A stretch of DNA of 64,000 bases from Eutreptiella sp. 'Long Island Sound 2002' (GCA_964036045.1 OZ038378.1:182218001-182282000), one strand, 5' to 3'; positions 33,711 through 46,906 are shown, counted from the stretch's first letter. The notes: a model not told the origin generated them from the letters alone. A program made the numbers and translations.

Positions 33711-36700
33711 AGAAGTCGAACCCATCCATGTCATCGGCAGGGTCCTGTAGTGGCGGTTGGAAAGGGTATTGAGGTGTATGGAGACGACAAGTAAAGGCGT
33801 TGGAGGCCAACTAGCACCTTTTTGCAGCTTTGTTTGTTGCTGATGGGTTTCTTGCGTTGGGAGGGACATTTTGAGTGATTCGGTGTCGAAGCTTCCTTTG
33901 GTAGTAACCTCATCTTTGGGCTTTTGCTTGGAGTCCTCCTACCAAAGTTACCAGCTATGACTACTACCATGGCGCAGAAAGCAGGATCAAAGAGACCGAA
34001 GGGGACGGGGTGCAAGTCACAGACGGTGAAATTTTTTTTGGGGGGGGTGCTCCCAATTTTTTGGCAGGAGTTCTTGAAAGGGGCTGCTTCGGCCCAGCCT
34101 TCGCCAATCTCTTTTGTTTGTTTGTAGTGTGCCTACAACGTGTCATACAGGCTCTCTTACCTTCGGGCAACCGATGTTTGAGCCAAAGGATTTGACAACT
34201 TTTTGTGAACCACGGTTTCCTACATGTTTGGCTGAGAAATGCGCTCTGCCGGTAGTGCCAATGAGCCCTCCGCTAGATGGGAATTGAGTAGGAGAAGGGG
34301 CCGAGGGGTTAGGCCCCGAGAAAAGGGATGGTGTTTGATCGTCTTCGCCTGTGGTGTAAGTAGCAGGTGTGCTTGTGGCAGTCGAAAATGCGGGAGGCAA
34401 AATGTAGTCTTGATTTCTGCTGGCAAGGAGAATTTTCCTTGCATACCACAATCTAGGGGGGCATGGAGGTTTGAGGCTCTTTACCCCCCTTTTCAGACAT
34501 TTATTTTTTCTCATCTAGGTGTGGAAGACTTGTGGAGGGAGGGGGGAAACCATGTCGCAAGAGGGAGGAGCGGGCATGGCTTCCAATCAGTCTACATACA
34601 GGTACACGGGCCACAGGGAACGCCGTGCTATTGTCCCTGTTGAGAGCACACAACCAAATCTCAAGACCTCAGCCCAGACGGCAACCAAGACAACACATTT
34701 CATGGTATTGAATGTTGTGGTTTGCATCACCGCGCATTGACAAATTGTTGCCTCCCCGACCCTGGTGCTACGAGGGAAGGCTGGGCACAACAAGCTCTGC
34801 CTCGACGTAATGGGTCATGGTGAGGCTCGTGGGTTGCTTCCGAGTCTCAAGGTTAGCTTGACTTTTGCAGACTACGCTGCCAGCAGATTTTGGTGATTTG
34901 TTCTGCAATATGGTTGACTTGAAGGGTGGGACCTGCACCAGTGGATTCGGCATAAAATTATGCATAATTTGTAGCGTCATTGAAATTTGCCACAATGAGA
35001 ATACGTTTGAGCACCGGGCCAAGCACCGTGAAAACCCTGTACGTATGCCAGACCACTAGCAGCAAATTTCCTAAAAATTGCCCTTGTTCAGGACCACAGA
35101 TAGCCCCGCCACCATTTTGTTCGGCCACGAAGCCTTGATTTTTGAATTCTCCGTGTCCAAAATAGGGGGGGACCAACTTTTGGGCAAAGTCTATACAAAC
35201 CTTGGGCCGAAAATCCAAAAATGGCAAAAAACCCGCCCACTTTGCGTCAAAACTCGAGAAATGGCCCCCACGCCCATGAAAACGGCCATATACATTGCGA
35301 TCCGTGGCCACTATAACCAACTTATCAATGGAGAAGTCCTATTTGTATGACTTTGGCTTAACGTCGTGGGGATGCACCAGCTTCGTCTAAGACTCAACGG
35401 CAAGGTCTACCATCTGCTCGGACGCCAACATCACATTGGTCTTGTAATAGACCCCATAGCCGAGACCTGGTTTTGCGGAGGAGTTGTCGCCCATTAAGGG
35501 CACAGTGAGTACCCCGTCAACGGGTTGGTGATCTCAAAGCAGTAACGGCAATAGATGACTGGCAACTACCATTCAAACGCTTTTCTGGAGACGTTGACAT
35601 GTGTGCGTGCAGTGCCCCGGGGCTCTACAGCGGCCCCATCTACATTGTCGTGGGCGTTCATTTAAAAGACTCATCAAATCTCTTCACATGCAGTATGCTA
35701 GTGGCGATTACCATTTCAAGGCTGGTCATGCCACGTAGGACGACACTCACCATGAACAGGATCAACACACAAAAAAGTTGTCCTAATGACAGCAACCGAA
35801 TTGGAAAGAAAAGGCCACACAACTCATTCCCTATTGCGCGTGAATGATGTGCACAGCAAAGATGACACAAAACACCCGGGAAACAAATGCTTTGAATCGT
35901 TTGAAAGCTTTTGGTGCTACAAAGATGGTAGAAGGTTCATTTCGCTTCGATCGTTGACGTTGTAGTCGTCAATAACGTTCAGGTCACTTCTTGGGACTGT
36001 TTTTGCCACGGTACTGTGAAGCACCGCAGTGAGGCCATACCACCCTGTTTGGCACATACTAACTTGTGCTGTTTGAGCTCTTTGCATAGGGAAGTGGACT
36101 AGACCAAAGGAAGTGGCAACATGTAGCCCCCCAGTCATGGTTGGCTGGATAATGGCAAAATGTTGAACGAAGACTTTCTAGAGTACTCTTGGCAACAATC
36201 AAAAACCTGGCACTTACACTGCCTTTTGCGGGATCCTCCGCAGCTCGTGCTGTGAAATTTTGATCTCCTCAAAACATGCGAAATGGGGATGGCGAAATGC
36301 CCTTTTTTATATTGGGAGATCCTGACATGCTCACATATACGGCGCTACATTGTAGCTTCATATCCCGACAACAAGGATCTTGTTATTCACTCTTTCCCGT
36401 ATCAGGTCTCAAAATAGAGAAAAATGACATACTGTCACTCAAAATGTGAAAAAGCATCTTTGAACCTGGGTACCTGTTTTTCCGTGCACCATTTGGTTCC
36501 ATGATTACTTCTTCGACAACTGCGCTAATTCCTAAATCGCCAAACCACAATGCCTGGCGTACTCTCCAATCAACCGATAGCTGGAGCTTTCCACCATTCA
36601 CCACCGCCCCGCTTCCCACTTGTGCCAAAGAACCGCAGCACGCAACAAGCTACCTCTGGCTACACGGCGGCTTTTTTGACACTCCTTTTTTTTTTTGCAA

Positions 36701-39262
36701 TAGAACTCGGTTTTCATGGTTTTGGTAGATGTAGGGCAACCATGAATTACTCGGGACGAAAATTACTGGGTGTTACATAACAAGATGTGCATGTGAGCGA
36801 GCAAATATACAACATGTTGGGAATATAGTGTTGAGGTATGCCGTGTTTGAAAAATCTTGCTGTATTAGCATTCGTGTTGCTATTACTTTTTCTAGTGTAC
36901 ATCTGTCAACATCTTGTTTTCTTCACCAGCCATTCCAAACTATGAGGCTCCCAACTTTGGAGCAAATTTGGTGGATTTGGAGAATGGTTGCTTGGATTGG
37001 GCTTCCACCCAGAACCTTCTTAGGACCCCTTATGGTTTGGTCACAAATTTTGCTAGATTCACAATATAATGGTTGAGGGACTGTACTGTGTGTAACATCC
37101 AGAGTGTGCTTTGTTTTGCATATGTTGAATTGGTTTTGCAACTCCGGTTGGAATTCTTGATTCCCATGCTGCTTTGACATATTTGGGGGGCACAAAATTG
37201 GTAGGTACATTAGTGGGAGACATTGGACAACAACAATCCAGAACTTCACATCATTGCTGCAACTAGCGCCACAACAACCTCCATTTCAGATCATGGTCAA
37301 TTCAAAAATCTTTGCACTACAAGCTGCAGAAGAGATTGTTTTCTGGTGGTGTAGCTGAAATGCTTTACGAAAAAGTTGGGCTTTTGAGATGTTCACATCA
37401 ATGGCATTTGGATGAGTACAACCTACCTATGATGTTACTTTCTTCTCTGCAACCTGCCTTCGACCTCTATCTGCGCAACCATGCTTCTGAACACTTCTGT
37501 GGATAACACCCTACCTGTTACTCACACTGGGAATGTGGAAAACAGTTGTTTGATCCTTGGAATGTAAGAGAGAGACTGCTGGAAAGGGAGTTATATCCGG
37601 TCTAAATTTTGTTGATGTGCTTTCATGCAGCGGAGTGCCACGGACATGCAGGGTATCAATTGTTTTTGCAAAGGCAACAAACCATTACCTATGCAGCTGG
37701 GGAAATGACATTCTTATTGCAGAGCCCTTGGGCCACGAAAAACAATTGCATTGCAAAGAAAGTACAGCAATATACATTCCTGTGGCTGACACTATTGAGA
37801 GGGAAGACCCTGAAACTGCAATCAGATCACACCAACATGGGCATAACCAAATATTTCCACTCTGGCGACAATGCATGAATTCGTGATTGCACAGAGACGG
37901 GGTTGATGGATCACACCTCAGTGTACAAGAAAATGTGGAATATGCAGCAATGGTGAGACGTTGGGTTAAATTCCCCACTTACCATTGACACTGTGAATCA
38001 CCAAGTTTACCAATGCAACATTGGATCGCACATCAGGATGAAATGTCAGGACAACGGCACTAGGTATTGATCTTAAAATGTGTGTGTGCTTTCCTTTTTT
38101 TTGCCATAATGATTGGATTGTGGAACCTTGTTGCAACTTGGCGTGCGCACATGTGGTCAATGGGGTGTGCCATGAGGCATTGTGTGTTCTGGCAACTGGG
38201 TAGATTCTGTGTGACGCACAATTAGCGTGCATGCTGCTTCCTTGCGGCCTTGGAATTGGGGTTTTCCTCTGCCCAATCCGTTTTGAATTCCCTTGGGTTA
38301 TCCTCCAACCATCCGAACAAATATGGCATGACCGGTATCCTTTCACAGGGCAAAGGTCCTTGCAAATGCCAATGCCCCACTGCCAGAAAGCAAAAATCCC
38401 CGCCATGCCTGCCCCCTCCCGCTAAACACTGAGACCTCAGAGCAGTTGGGGAGCTCAACAAAATGTTGATGTGTGGGTGATGCGAGGGGTGTGTATCGTA
38501 ATAGTGTGAAACTGGACCACACAGGCACACTGATACAACGTCCGGGCGTAAATTTGCGTTGGCATTCCCAGAGACACCCCAAGAACGCTAGGAAAAAGGG
38601 AGCAGGGGACCTGGGTGCATGTTTCATTGGGCGTGACGCATCACTTTCTGGCAATGGTGTCACTCAAGCATCTTCACGTACCATGCCCCCCCGCAAATCA
38701 CGTTGTGCAGTGATGATTCTGCAAAAATTCTCAGTTGGGCTTTTGGAGGGCGGAGGAAAAAGAAATTTGGGGGCGCACGGGTACACCGACGTGCGCCCAC
38801 ATGATGAGTGGCATCTGCTGCTGCTGTGCCTCGAACCTCGACCGTTGCTTTCAACCTGAAAGCACAAACCACACATGCCGTGATGCCTTGAAATGTTGAG
38901 GGTATCGGACCCTCACATGCAGACGGCTGCAGCTGAGTACCCCCTGGCCTCATGCCCCCCGCCCCGACCCCCGATTTCGTCCTCAGCTGCTTCGTGTTGG
39001 GTGATGCTGCGGATGCGGCACTTTTTGGGTTCATGTACGAAGACCCCAGGCGGCCAGGGGCTGCCACCGCAAAGGCTTGTGGGGCGGCATTCTCCTGGCC
39101 ACAGGGCACGGTGCTCACATCGCATCACCCCCTCAAAGCGAGACCACGGGGCCATGGCCAAAGCGGTGACGTTGGGAGGCTCGCACTACCGCTCCGAGGC
39201 GGGCGGGGGATCGATGCCGCACGTCGCCTCAGGGCCATCACCCGCGATAGATAACGTCCGCT

Positions 39263-39458
39263 TCACGGGCCCGTCGAGGCCGCAGCCCCCAACGGCGTGG
39301 GCTCTGTTTCCGTTGGTTTCTGTGCGGCCGCTGCATTGTCCTGATCGATGAGGTCCAACAGATACGACAGCGTGGGGCGTTGCGAGGGGCCCTCTGCGAC
39401 TTTGCCGTACATCAGATTCTCGACGGTTGTGAAATGGTCCCCCTCCAACACCACGAGC
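39263..39458 (-). CDS. ICME-like: ICME-like hydrolase exon 8 of 8 (catalytic His, stop)
   Basis: tcacAG|G; (R)LVVLEGDHFTTVENLMYGKVAEGPSQRPTLSYLLDLIDQD..STGP*; phase 2 matches exon 7. Confidence 0.88.
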
Positions 39459-40481
39459 CTGTGACACGGGCATCGACGACTGCATCGATCTGACCCAGAC
39501 CCCGAAAGGCCCCAAAGACCACCTCCACTGCAACTCCGCAGGCACAACGCACGTCAGTCCACTGGATCACTCACTGTCGACCACCCCTCGTCCACCCAAT
39601 ACCCCAACGCGTTCGCTTGTGTGGGAAACACCAACAAGAGAATCCCGCCGCTTTTCAGGAAATCCCACATCGACCGACGGAGGCAACAGACAACTTTGGC
39701 AGACTGGCATTCCGCCACTTGGACTTGGGGTGCGCGGGTTTTCAACTCCGGAATGGAGGGGCCAATGGCTAGACCCCTCCATCCCCCAAAAGGGGCTCAA
39801 CTCACAGGGCCCCAAAACCAACACCAGAATTCTGTGGTCTCAACGGAGGTGGGGGGGGGGGGGGCGAGGCGGCAGCAACATGTGATGGACATGCTGCACG
39901 TCGATTAAGCCCTTTTACCCAACCAACCCCCCCCCCCTTCAGTTTTTGAGACCTATACCCCCCCCCCCCCCACGGCGCTATGGGATACAGATGCGTGCGC
40001 ACGCCGTCAGACACAAAGCAGAAGTGCAAAGCAAAAGCAAAAGTCAAAGAGAAAAGCTCTTCAGTGACATGTCATAATCGCCTTTCTTAGCCAACAAGAT
40101 GGCGGATGACCAACAGTTGTGCACTATCCTATGCACTACAAGCCCCCCCCCCCCCCCCCCGCGGAGTTGAACACCCGCCGCCCCTTTCAGATGGCCCATT
40201 GCAGTGTTGAGACCTCCCCACCTGCACCCCCAAGGTGCTCCTGGGGGTGCCTTAAGCAGCCCATGCCTCCATGGCGCTTCTGCAGCAGCACCCGCGCCCC
40301 CCACCCCCATATCAGCGAAAACATCCCAACGCATCGGCGGAACATAGCGGCGAGCACACTTTTGGCCAAAGGCTTGCCCTTTGTCCACAGTCGGCCTAGT
40401 GCTCAGTCACAGCCCCACAAAATGCCTTTTTTTTGGTAATCGTACGGATGGGCTCTTTGCAGACCCATCATTTGTCAACAT

Positions 40482-40648
40482 CAGTCATTTGCTTAGCAAC
40501 GGAGGGGGGGGGGGGGGGCTAAATGGTAATCCTGAAGGGGAAATTGGGTGCTTGAATAGAGATCCAGAGGAGAGGCGGTTTTTACGTACACAAACATATT
40601 TTGCCCTCATACTCCCGTAGGGTAGACCCCACCTTAAGCAAATGACTG
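40482..40648. mobile_element. hAT-like MITE (167 bp)
   Basis: Perfect 14-bp TIR CAGTCATTTGCTTA / TAAGCAAATGACTG; 8-bp flanks gtcaacat / gtcgaaat (6 of 8 match). Confidence 0.75.
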
Positions 40649-41445
40649 GTCGAAATGTTAAAAAAAAAAAAGTCACTCCACACTCTCGTACGTCGCAGTT
40701 CGGCAGCCCTATGTCAGAGTGCAGGCTGCGCACAGAAAAGCAGGACCGACCCTCATTGCACTGTACCTCTGTCCTCTGTCTTCTTTACTGGTAAAATGGG
40801 GGCAAACCGGGGCAAATCAGTTCCGTTGAAAGGACGCAGCCGAATCACGGGGCTCTGGTGACAAATCAGGGTGCGTTGCGCGAGGCGGCCACCCACCAAC
40901 AGCCACTTCATTGCCCCGAGTCAAAGCCATGCCATTTTAAACAGGAATGGCAACGAGGGGACGTGAGCCATTGCGCATGGCGGGGGGGGGAGGGTGGGAC
41001 CCAATCAATTTGGGAGATGGGTTTGATCGAAAGACAAACAGGACCATACACAATGTAGAAAAATTGCAAAATTGACGCAATGCACTCCACAATCCGACAT
41101 GCTTTATCCTCAAACTCAGACCTGGTTGAACCTCAACAACATGACAACACGAACGACAAACTCTCGGGCGACTGAATTCGAAGAAACAATCGTTGATGGA
41201 CGCAAAAAAAAAACAGGGGTTTGACACCCGGGGTGGCGGACGTGTAGAGGCCCTCTGCACCTTCCCATGGGTGCCAATCCCCTGCCTTTATGTGTGGAAA
41301 CCGAAGAAAAATAAAAAGGCATTGCGCAAGGAGGGGGGGGGGGGGTCCGGGATCCGGAGCAAGAGATACGGATTCCTGTGGGGGTCCACGTACATCGGCA
41401 CGCGGCCCACCAGCGGACAACACACGTACACCACGACATCTCAAC

Positions 41446-41560
41446 CTTTCGGTCGTGGGAACATCTGCGGTCCGAAGGGCATCGTAGAAATCCTGCGCCT
41501 CGTACAGAGGCACCGTCGTATCGTTGTCCCCATGAAGCACATGGATCTTGGGCAGTGCGC
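41446..41560 (-). CDS. ICME-like: ICME-like hydrolase exon 7 of 8 (catalytic Asp)
   Basis: ccgcAG|GC..AG|GTtgag; (S)ALPKIHVLHGDNDTTVPLYEAQDFYDALRTADVPTTE (HGxxD.VP motif). Confidence 0.92.
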
Positions 41561-41966
41561 CTGCGGAACAATGGCCACGAAAACGTCACGGCCCCGTCAG
41601 AGCCCGGCCGCTCTGCCGCACAGTGCGCACGAACAGAAATGGGACCCGCTCAGCATGTCCCGATGACGAGAGACGGGGGACCGACGCTGGGTCGATGAGG
41701 GCGTGCGGGCACGCCCACGCAGCCCTGCCAAAATGCCTACACTTGGGGACGCGCACACCGTTGGGGGTGGTATGGGCTGCAGCACCTGCAGCGGGTCCTT
41801 TTCATTGGGCACGATCACCCGCAAGTCCGTTCCCCGTGTATACCGTCGAGGGCTCTCCCACGTGCACACTTGACCTCACTTGATGTCTGCGTCTCGCAAA
41901 CCAAACCACAGTCCGCCCAAAGGACTGAAGAAGGTGCTCCATGGAACTGCCCTGCGGGCCGGGCCC

Positions 41967-42222
41967 CAGGGATGTTTTGGATGGGCAGGGACCCTGGAGG
42001 AGGCTCCGCACGCCGTCAGGCAGGCGGTTGGAGGCGAGTACCAAAGCGGTTGGGGGCGGTCACTGTCGGTTGCAAATGCCGTTGGGGCTGGCAGTTGTGG
42101 TCAGGGCGAGAGCGGCTTGGCATAGGCTGGGGCCCTGGAGCGGGGGGGGGGGGGGGTTTGGCACAAGGCCTTGGTGGTTGGCTCTGGGGGGGGGGGAGGG
42201 GCACCCTTCCAATGCATCGCTG
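41967..42222. mobile_element. hAT-like MITE (256 bp)
   Basis: Perfect 8-bp TSD CCGGGCCC (41959-41966 and 42223-42230); imperfect TIR cagggatgttttggatgg / ccttccaatgcatcgctg. Confidence 0.88.
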
Positions 42223-42267
42223 CCGGGCCCCGAGGGTTCCGCCGGGACGCAACGCCTCTCCCGCGAC

Positions 42268-42447
42268 CAGACTTTGTTTATAAGAGGGGGGGGTGGGTCT
42301 TTTGGCTCTGAGACCCACCCACCCCAAAAAAAAAGTCTTGACCCAGAATTTGGCTGAGGGAAAATCAAATTTGAACAAGCAGCCCTTTGGGGGACCCACC
42401 CAGATCCCCCCCCCCCTTTGGTATTAATTCCTTTTAAACAAAGCCTG
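42268..42447. mobile_element. hAT-like MITE (180 bp)
   Basis: TIR cagactttgtttataag / cttttaaacaaagcctg (15 of 17); TSD cccgcgac / cccccgac (7 of 8). Confidence 0.85.
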
Positions 42448-43245
42448 CCCCCGACGGCAGCCTGACCTCTGGCACGTGTGCACAAGAGACGACGAGCACA
42501 GAACGCAGGAAGCAAAAGCGTCACCAAAGAAACACACGCTCACACGACATCCGCAATGGGATAGGGTCTCACTTGCCAGCGGACTCCAAAAACCACGATC
42601 TCCCAACTGACGTACGCGCCCCATCGTGGGACTCTCAAAACTTCTGAAAATGCTCTTGCCCGCGCCCCAACATGCCCCAACACTAATAGAGCGTGTACAT
42701 GCATCTCACGCAGGTGGGAGCGAATGGATATCCTTAGACACAGCAACAGAAATTGCCTGGCCCTTCGCATACACGAATTGCTGCGTACACGGAGGGCAGC
42801 AGACTGCACTCTCCCCCCGTGTGGGGCGTCCGCTGTCCCACCCCCACCCCCCCCACACACACGACCCCCACATCAGAAGCTATGCCGTCCCTGCAAAGGT
42901 GCAATTGCCTCCACCGCTGGCACCCAGCAGCCAGGTGACGCACGGTGGGTTCTCGCAGGGCACACTTGCACGTGTCCATCCCTCATCATGGGCCCCGATG
43001 AAACATGAAAGGCGGGCCGAGCACAGACGGCGCCTGGGACTACAATCCACGTCGGGTCTGCCCCACCATGCCACCTTTTGGCGGGGCGAACCCCCCGGTC
43101 ACGCTGTGGCATGCGACACAACATCAGGCGCGAGGCACCGCCCAGAACTCCTTGGGAGGCTGCAGATGATCGATTCGCATGCGACATTGTTTGCATGCGC
43201 CGCGCAGATCTGCGCAGGCCAAACCAACCTCTACCTCTTCTACCT

Positions 43246-43893
43246 CAGGGCTCAGAAGTACGCGGCTCCGGTGGCGGGTAACGTACCCACAAACGTACGG
43301 CAAAATGGGGAACAATGGGGGAAAATGAGGGGAAATGGGACACAAATCCAATTCCTCCAAATTTCTCCAAGTTTCCTCCGTTTTTACCCATCTTTATGTG
43401 TTTCCCCCCATTTCTCCCCATTTTCCCCTATTTTCCCCAATTTTTCTTTGCCTTGGGTACAGGGTGGTCCCATTTTTCCTCCCCTTGTTGCAATGTTGTT
43501 GTGCCTGTTGGCCAACCCCCACCCCCAACCTGTCAAACAAACGTGGTTTTTTTTGAGGGTTTCACACCATGTTTCCCCCATTTTTCCACATAAATCACAA
43601 AAAATCTCACCCCAACCCCCACTTCCGCCCATTTCCGCCCATTTTCCCCCCATTTCCCCCCATTTTCCCCGATTCTTCCTCGGGAGCTTTCGCCAATGCA
43701 CCCCCCCCCCCCCAGCCTTGTTGCCAACCGAAACCTTGTTTTTGGTGTTTTCAGCCCCAAAATTTCCCATTTTTCCACCAAATAATCTGTTTTTCCCTCA
43801 TTTACCCCCATTTACCCCCATTTTCCCTACTTTGGCCCATTTCCCGGATAGTGTTCCGCTAAACGTACCTAAAGTGGATACTTCTGAGCCCTG
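43246..43893. mobile_element. 78-bp MITE (perfect 15-bp TIR) split by a nested insertion
   Basis: CAGGGCTCAGAAGTA (43246-43260) / TACTTCTGAGCCCTG (43879-43893); 6-bp flanks CTACCT on both sides. Confidence 0.8.
43299..43860. mobile_element. Nested 562-bp GGCAAAA-starting foldback-type insertion (AAATGGGG / CCCCATTT arrays)
   Basis: Exact 8-bp TSD AAACGTAC at 43291-43298 and 43861-43868; related to 14971-15292. Confidence 0.8.
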
Positions 43894-44482
43894 CTACCTA
43901 CTTCTACAACTTCTACCTCACAAAAAAAACACTCACGGTTACTCTCCAACCGCCATCGGCTACCCCCCAACCGCCGTCGGCTACCCCCAACCTGCCTGTC
44001 AGGAAAACAAAAAGAAAATTCTGGATCCTTACGGACGGCCCTGGGTGCTACGCTCAGTATATCGTGCCGTCTCCCACAACCCGGGGGGTCCCAGAACGCT
44101 CTGGCAGTGGCCCTCATGCCTGGCAGTCTCACGTGAAATGGATTCGGGGTGAACACCCACGTGATGCCAACCTTGCAGCGAATTCCGTTTAAAATCGCGA
44201 GTGGCCCACATGCCGCGATGCACACAAGCCAGGCCACACCAAACGGTGCCCTGAGATGTGGGAAAACCAGCGTATGAATGGCTGACTTCTGGTGGACTGA
44301 GTGACGTTGCACTGCTGATGTGCATAGAACACAAGACCACAAGATCATCCCCTCCCATTCGATGCCCTGCTCAACACCCTCGATCAGCCCAAACCCAACT
44401 CACCCTCATCAGCCCAGGCCCTACTCAATACGCAGATCCCACACTCAAAGCCGTTGCCATGGACCAACGGCCAGAGACACAC

Positions 44483-44618
44483 TTTTGGCTTCCACATCAA
44501 AAGTCTTCAGCGCCTCAGCCAACTTCACGGCGGAATGTGCCAAGGGATGTCCCCCGGTAGCGGCCCACATGGCGGACAGCGTGTGGACGGCTCGGATCTG
44601 CTCGTAACCGTAATGCTC
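44483..44618 (-). CDS. ICME-like: ICME-like hydrolase exon 6 of 8
   Basis: ttgcAG|GAG..A|GTgtgt; EHYGYEQIRAVHTLSAMWAATGGHPLAHSAVKLAEALKTFDVEAK. Confidence 0.88.
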
Positions 44619-44870
44619 CTGCAAATGAACAACGTCCGGGTCTGTGGAGGTACTGTGTGTCTGGGACACCCTCATGGCCATGGAATCAGGCAAACCGGGC
44701 GGGCCTGAGGCTGCTCATGCAACCGAAAAGACGAGAGTGTGTGTGTACGTGCACATATTTGTGTGGCTGTTGTGTCTTTGAATGTTCACGTGTATTTAGG
44801 GATGTGCAAGTGAGTGAGTGTATATGTGCTGTGGATGTGTGTCTGCGTGCGCCGCATGTTCTGGAGTTGT

Positions 44871-44957
44871 GAGTGTGTGTGTTTGGGTGTGTGCGTGGGT
44901 GCGTGCGTGCGTGCGTGCGTGCGTGGGTGTGTGTGTTTGTGTGTGTGTTGGTGTGTG
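44871..44957 (+). repeat. Compound (GT)n/(GCGT)n microsatellite
   Basis: Directly visible. Confidence 0.9.
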
Positions 44958-45744
44958 GCCGTGATGTATTTCTGACAAAGTCAGGGCAGGCGTCTATCAT
45001 AGTCCTGGATGCTGGTGGGTTAGGGGCCTGTGTGGTCAGGGTGAGGGGTTACCTAAGCCCCCCCCCCCCCGCCTTTTGTGAGCCGGCGCGACGGAATGCC
45101 CTGTCCTTCCGTACTTCTGACAAGGTAGACCCTTGTGCGGCGGTGGAGCGGAGAAAACATTTGCCTGACATTTGGCACTGATTCCAGTCAACCTCTGCCT
45201 CCTGTTTGCATCCCTTGTGCGGAGTCAAAACGTCTGGTTGCTGCAGGTTTGATGAATAGTCTGTGAGGCTCTTGCTATTTCACTAGATGCCAGACAAATG
45301 ATGACTTTTGTGAGCCCCCCATTCCAGCAGTTTCTAAAATGCCATGCGGGGACCAACAGAACCATTCGATTACCGCTTGAATAGGGTGCTGCAGAAGGAC
45401 AACGCAGGAGAGCGACGTGCATGCGGTGCTGCACGCGGTGCACGGTGCTAGGATGGTCTTCCTCATGGATACAAACACCTGAATATTCTTATTCATCCGC
45501 AGAGGACAGCGACAAGGAGGAGAAGGAGGGCATTCAGTTGTCCGGATTGACGGAGGATGCTTCCAACCGCGAAATGAGCCGAAGCAACAGCTTCATGTAA
45601 ATGGGCACCCCATGAGGTTGCACAATGAAATGCGAAGCTTCTAAATCGACCTCACACGCCTGTAGGGCACGGGCTGTTGGGTCTGAGCCATCTTCCTCAT
45701 CTGACGGCTCCCCCCTGGCAGGGGGTGTGGGCGGCTGCAACCAC

Positions 45745-46022
45745 CAGGAATGTATTAGAGGAGGAGGGGTTTTGGCGGGGGAAGGGGGGGGAGGGGGTCT
45801 AGGAAGAGCCCCTCTCCTCCGATAGTCTCTGGCCTCAAGGGCCAGAGGAAAATTTCCTCAATAAATGCCGAGGAAAGTTTGCCACCGAAGGCCGAAGAAA
45901 ACTATTCTCCGGAAAATCCAACTGAAAATCTCTCGCTGGATCACGCATTGGAAGAGGAGAAGGGGGGGGGTGGGGTCTGGGGGGCTCCTCCTATGGTTGT
46001 CCGGCATTCCAATTCATCCCTG
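45745..46022. mobile_element. hAT-like MITE (278 bp), TIR family shared with 41967-42222
   Basis: TIR caggaatgtattagag / ttccaattcatccctg; TSD gcaaccac / gcagccac (7 of 8). Confidence 0.8.
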
Positions 46023-46273
46023 GCAGCCACCATTGGTGAGGAGGTAGATTGAAGGCCTCCGTTGTAGTAAAATGACCCCTGAGGCCACCGAGATAGTGCC
46101 ATTGTCAAAATATAGCAATTTATCCAAAAACAGCGGTCAAAGACTTGCACCCGGTGCGCATGTCTCTCTCTAAATGCCATGCAGGGAATGCAGAAGCAGG
46201 GGACTAACTCTGCTTCGCAAACAAAGCACGGGGCCATTCCTAGGGGCATGGGTACGCAAATAGAAGCGCCAGC

Positions 46274-46616
46274 CAGGGGGTTCCTTAAGAGGGGGAAAAA
46301 AGTGTTCCTGAACGGCAGTTTTGCAAAAAGACCGCGTGTAGCTCATATGTTCAACCATGGTTGGTGGCGATTGGCGGTTGGCGGTGGTGGCGATCGGCAG
46401 TTGGCGGTTGCCGACTGGCGGTTGGCGGCGGTTGGTGGATGATTGGTGGTCGGTGGGGGTTGGCAGTGGTCGGCAGTTGGCGGTTGGCGGTTGGTCGCCG
46501 CTGGCGGTTGGCGGCGAGTGGCGGTTGGCGGTTGGTGGCGGTTGGTGGTTGGCGGTTGGTGGTACTTAAGGGCGCCCCTTAACAAAAAAAAATCAAGTTC
46601 CTAAAGGACGCCCCTG
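46274..46616. mobile_element. hAT-like MITE (343 bp) with an internal (GGCGGTT)n array at about 46355-46565
   Basis: TIR cagggggttccttaag / ctaaaggacgcccctg; left flank gcgccagc, right flank gcgc(cgc)cagc; a related array end is at about 43935-44043. Confidence 0.75.
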
Positions 46617-46906
46617 GCGCCGCCAGCTCTCCCACATCAGTCTGTCCCTCAGCGGTGGGGGGAGCGGACCATCGCCTAAGAAGAGGAGGACGAGGGAGGG
46701 GGTGGAGGGGGTCCGGGTGGAGGAAGGGGGTCCTAAGGGACTCATTCGTGCTGCTAAATGACTAGCGTCACGTCAAAAAAACAGCCGTAAATGAACAGCT
46801 GGAGGATGTTGACTGAGAGATGTGGGAGCGTCACTGAATGGCTGGTGGGTGTGATTGGGCAGTAGAAAGGCAGTGCTGGGGGCTTTGCAGCGTTCGCATG
46901 GCATAC

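Noticed and set aside
35340-38300. Long stretch of fragmentary protein-like frames
   Set aside because: No recognisable motif in any frame; probably ancient repeat debris, but it cannot be supported.
38952-39254. GC-rich + strand ORF (CFVLGDAADAALFGFMYEDPRR..) converging on the hydrolase stop
   Set aside because: It lies where the hydrolase 3' UTR is expected, and no partner exons or domain could be identified.
42626-44152. Longest ORF in the track (508 aa, +)
   Set aside because: It runs through nested MITEs and CCCCATTT arrays antisense to a hydrolase intron; low-complexity read-through.
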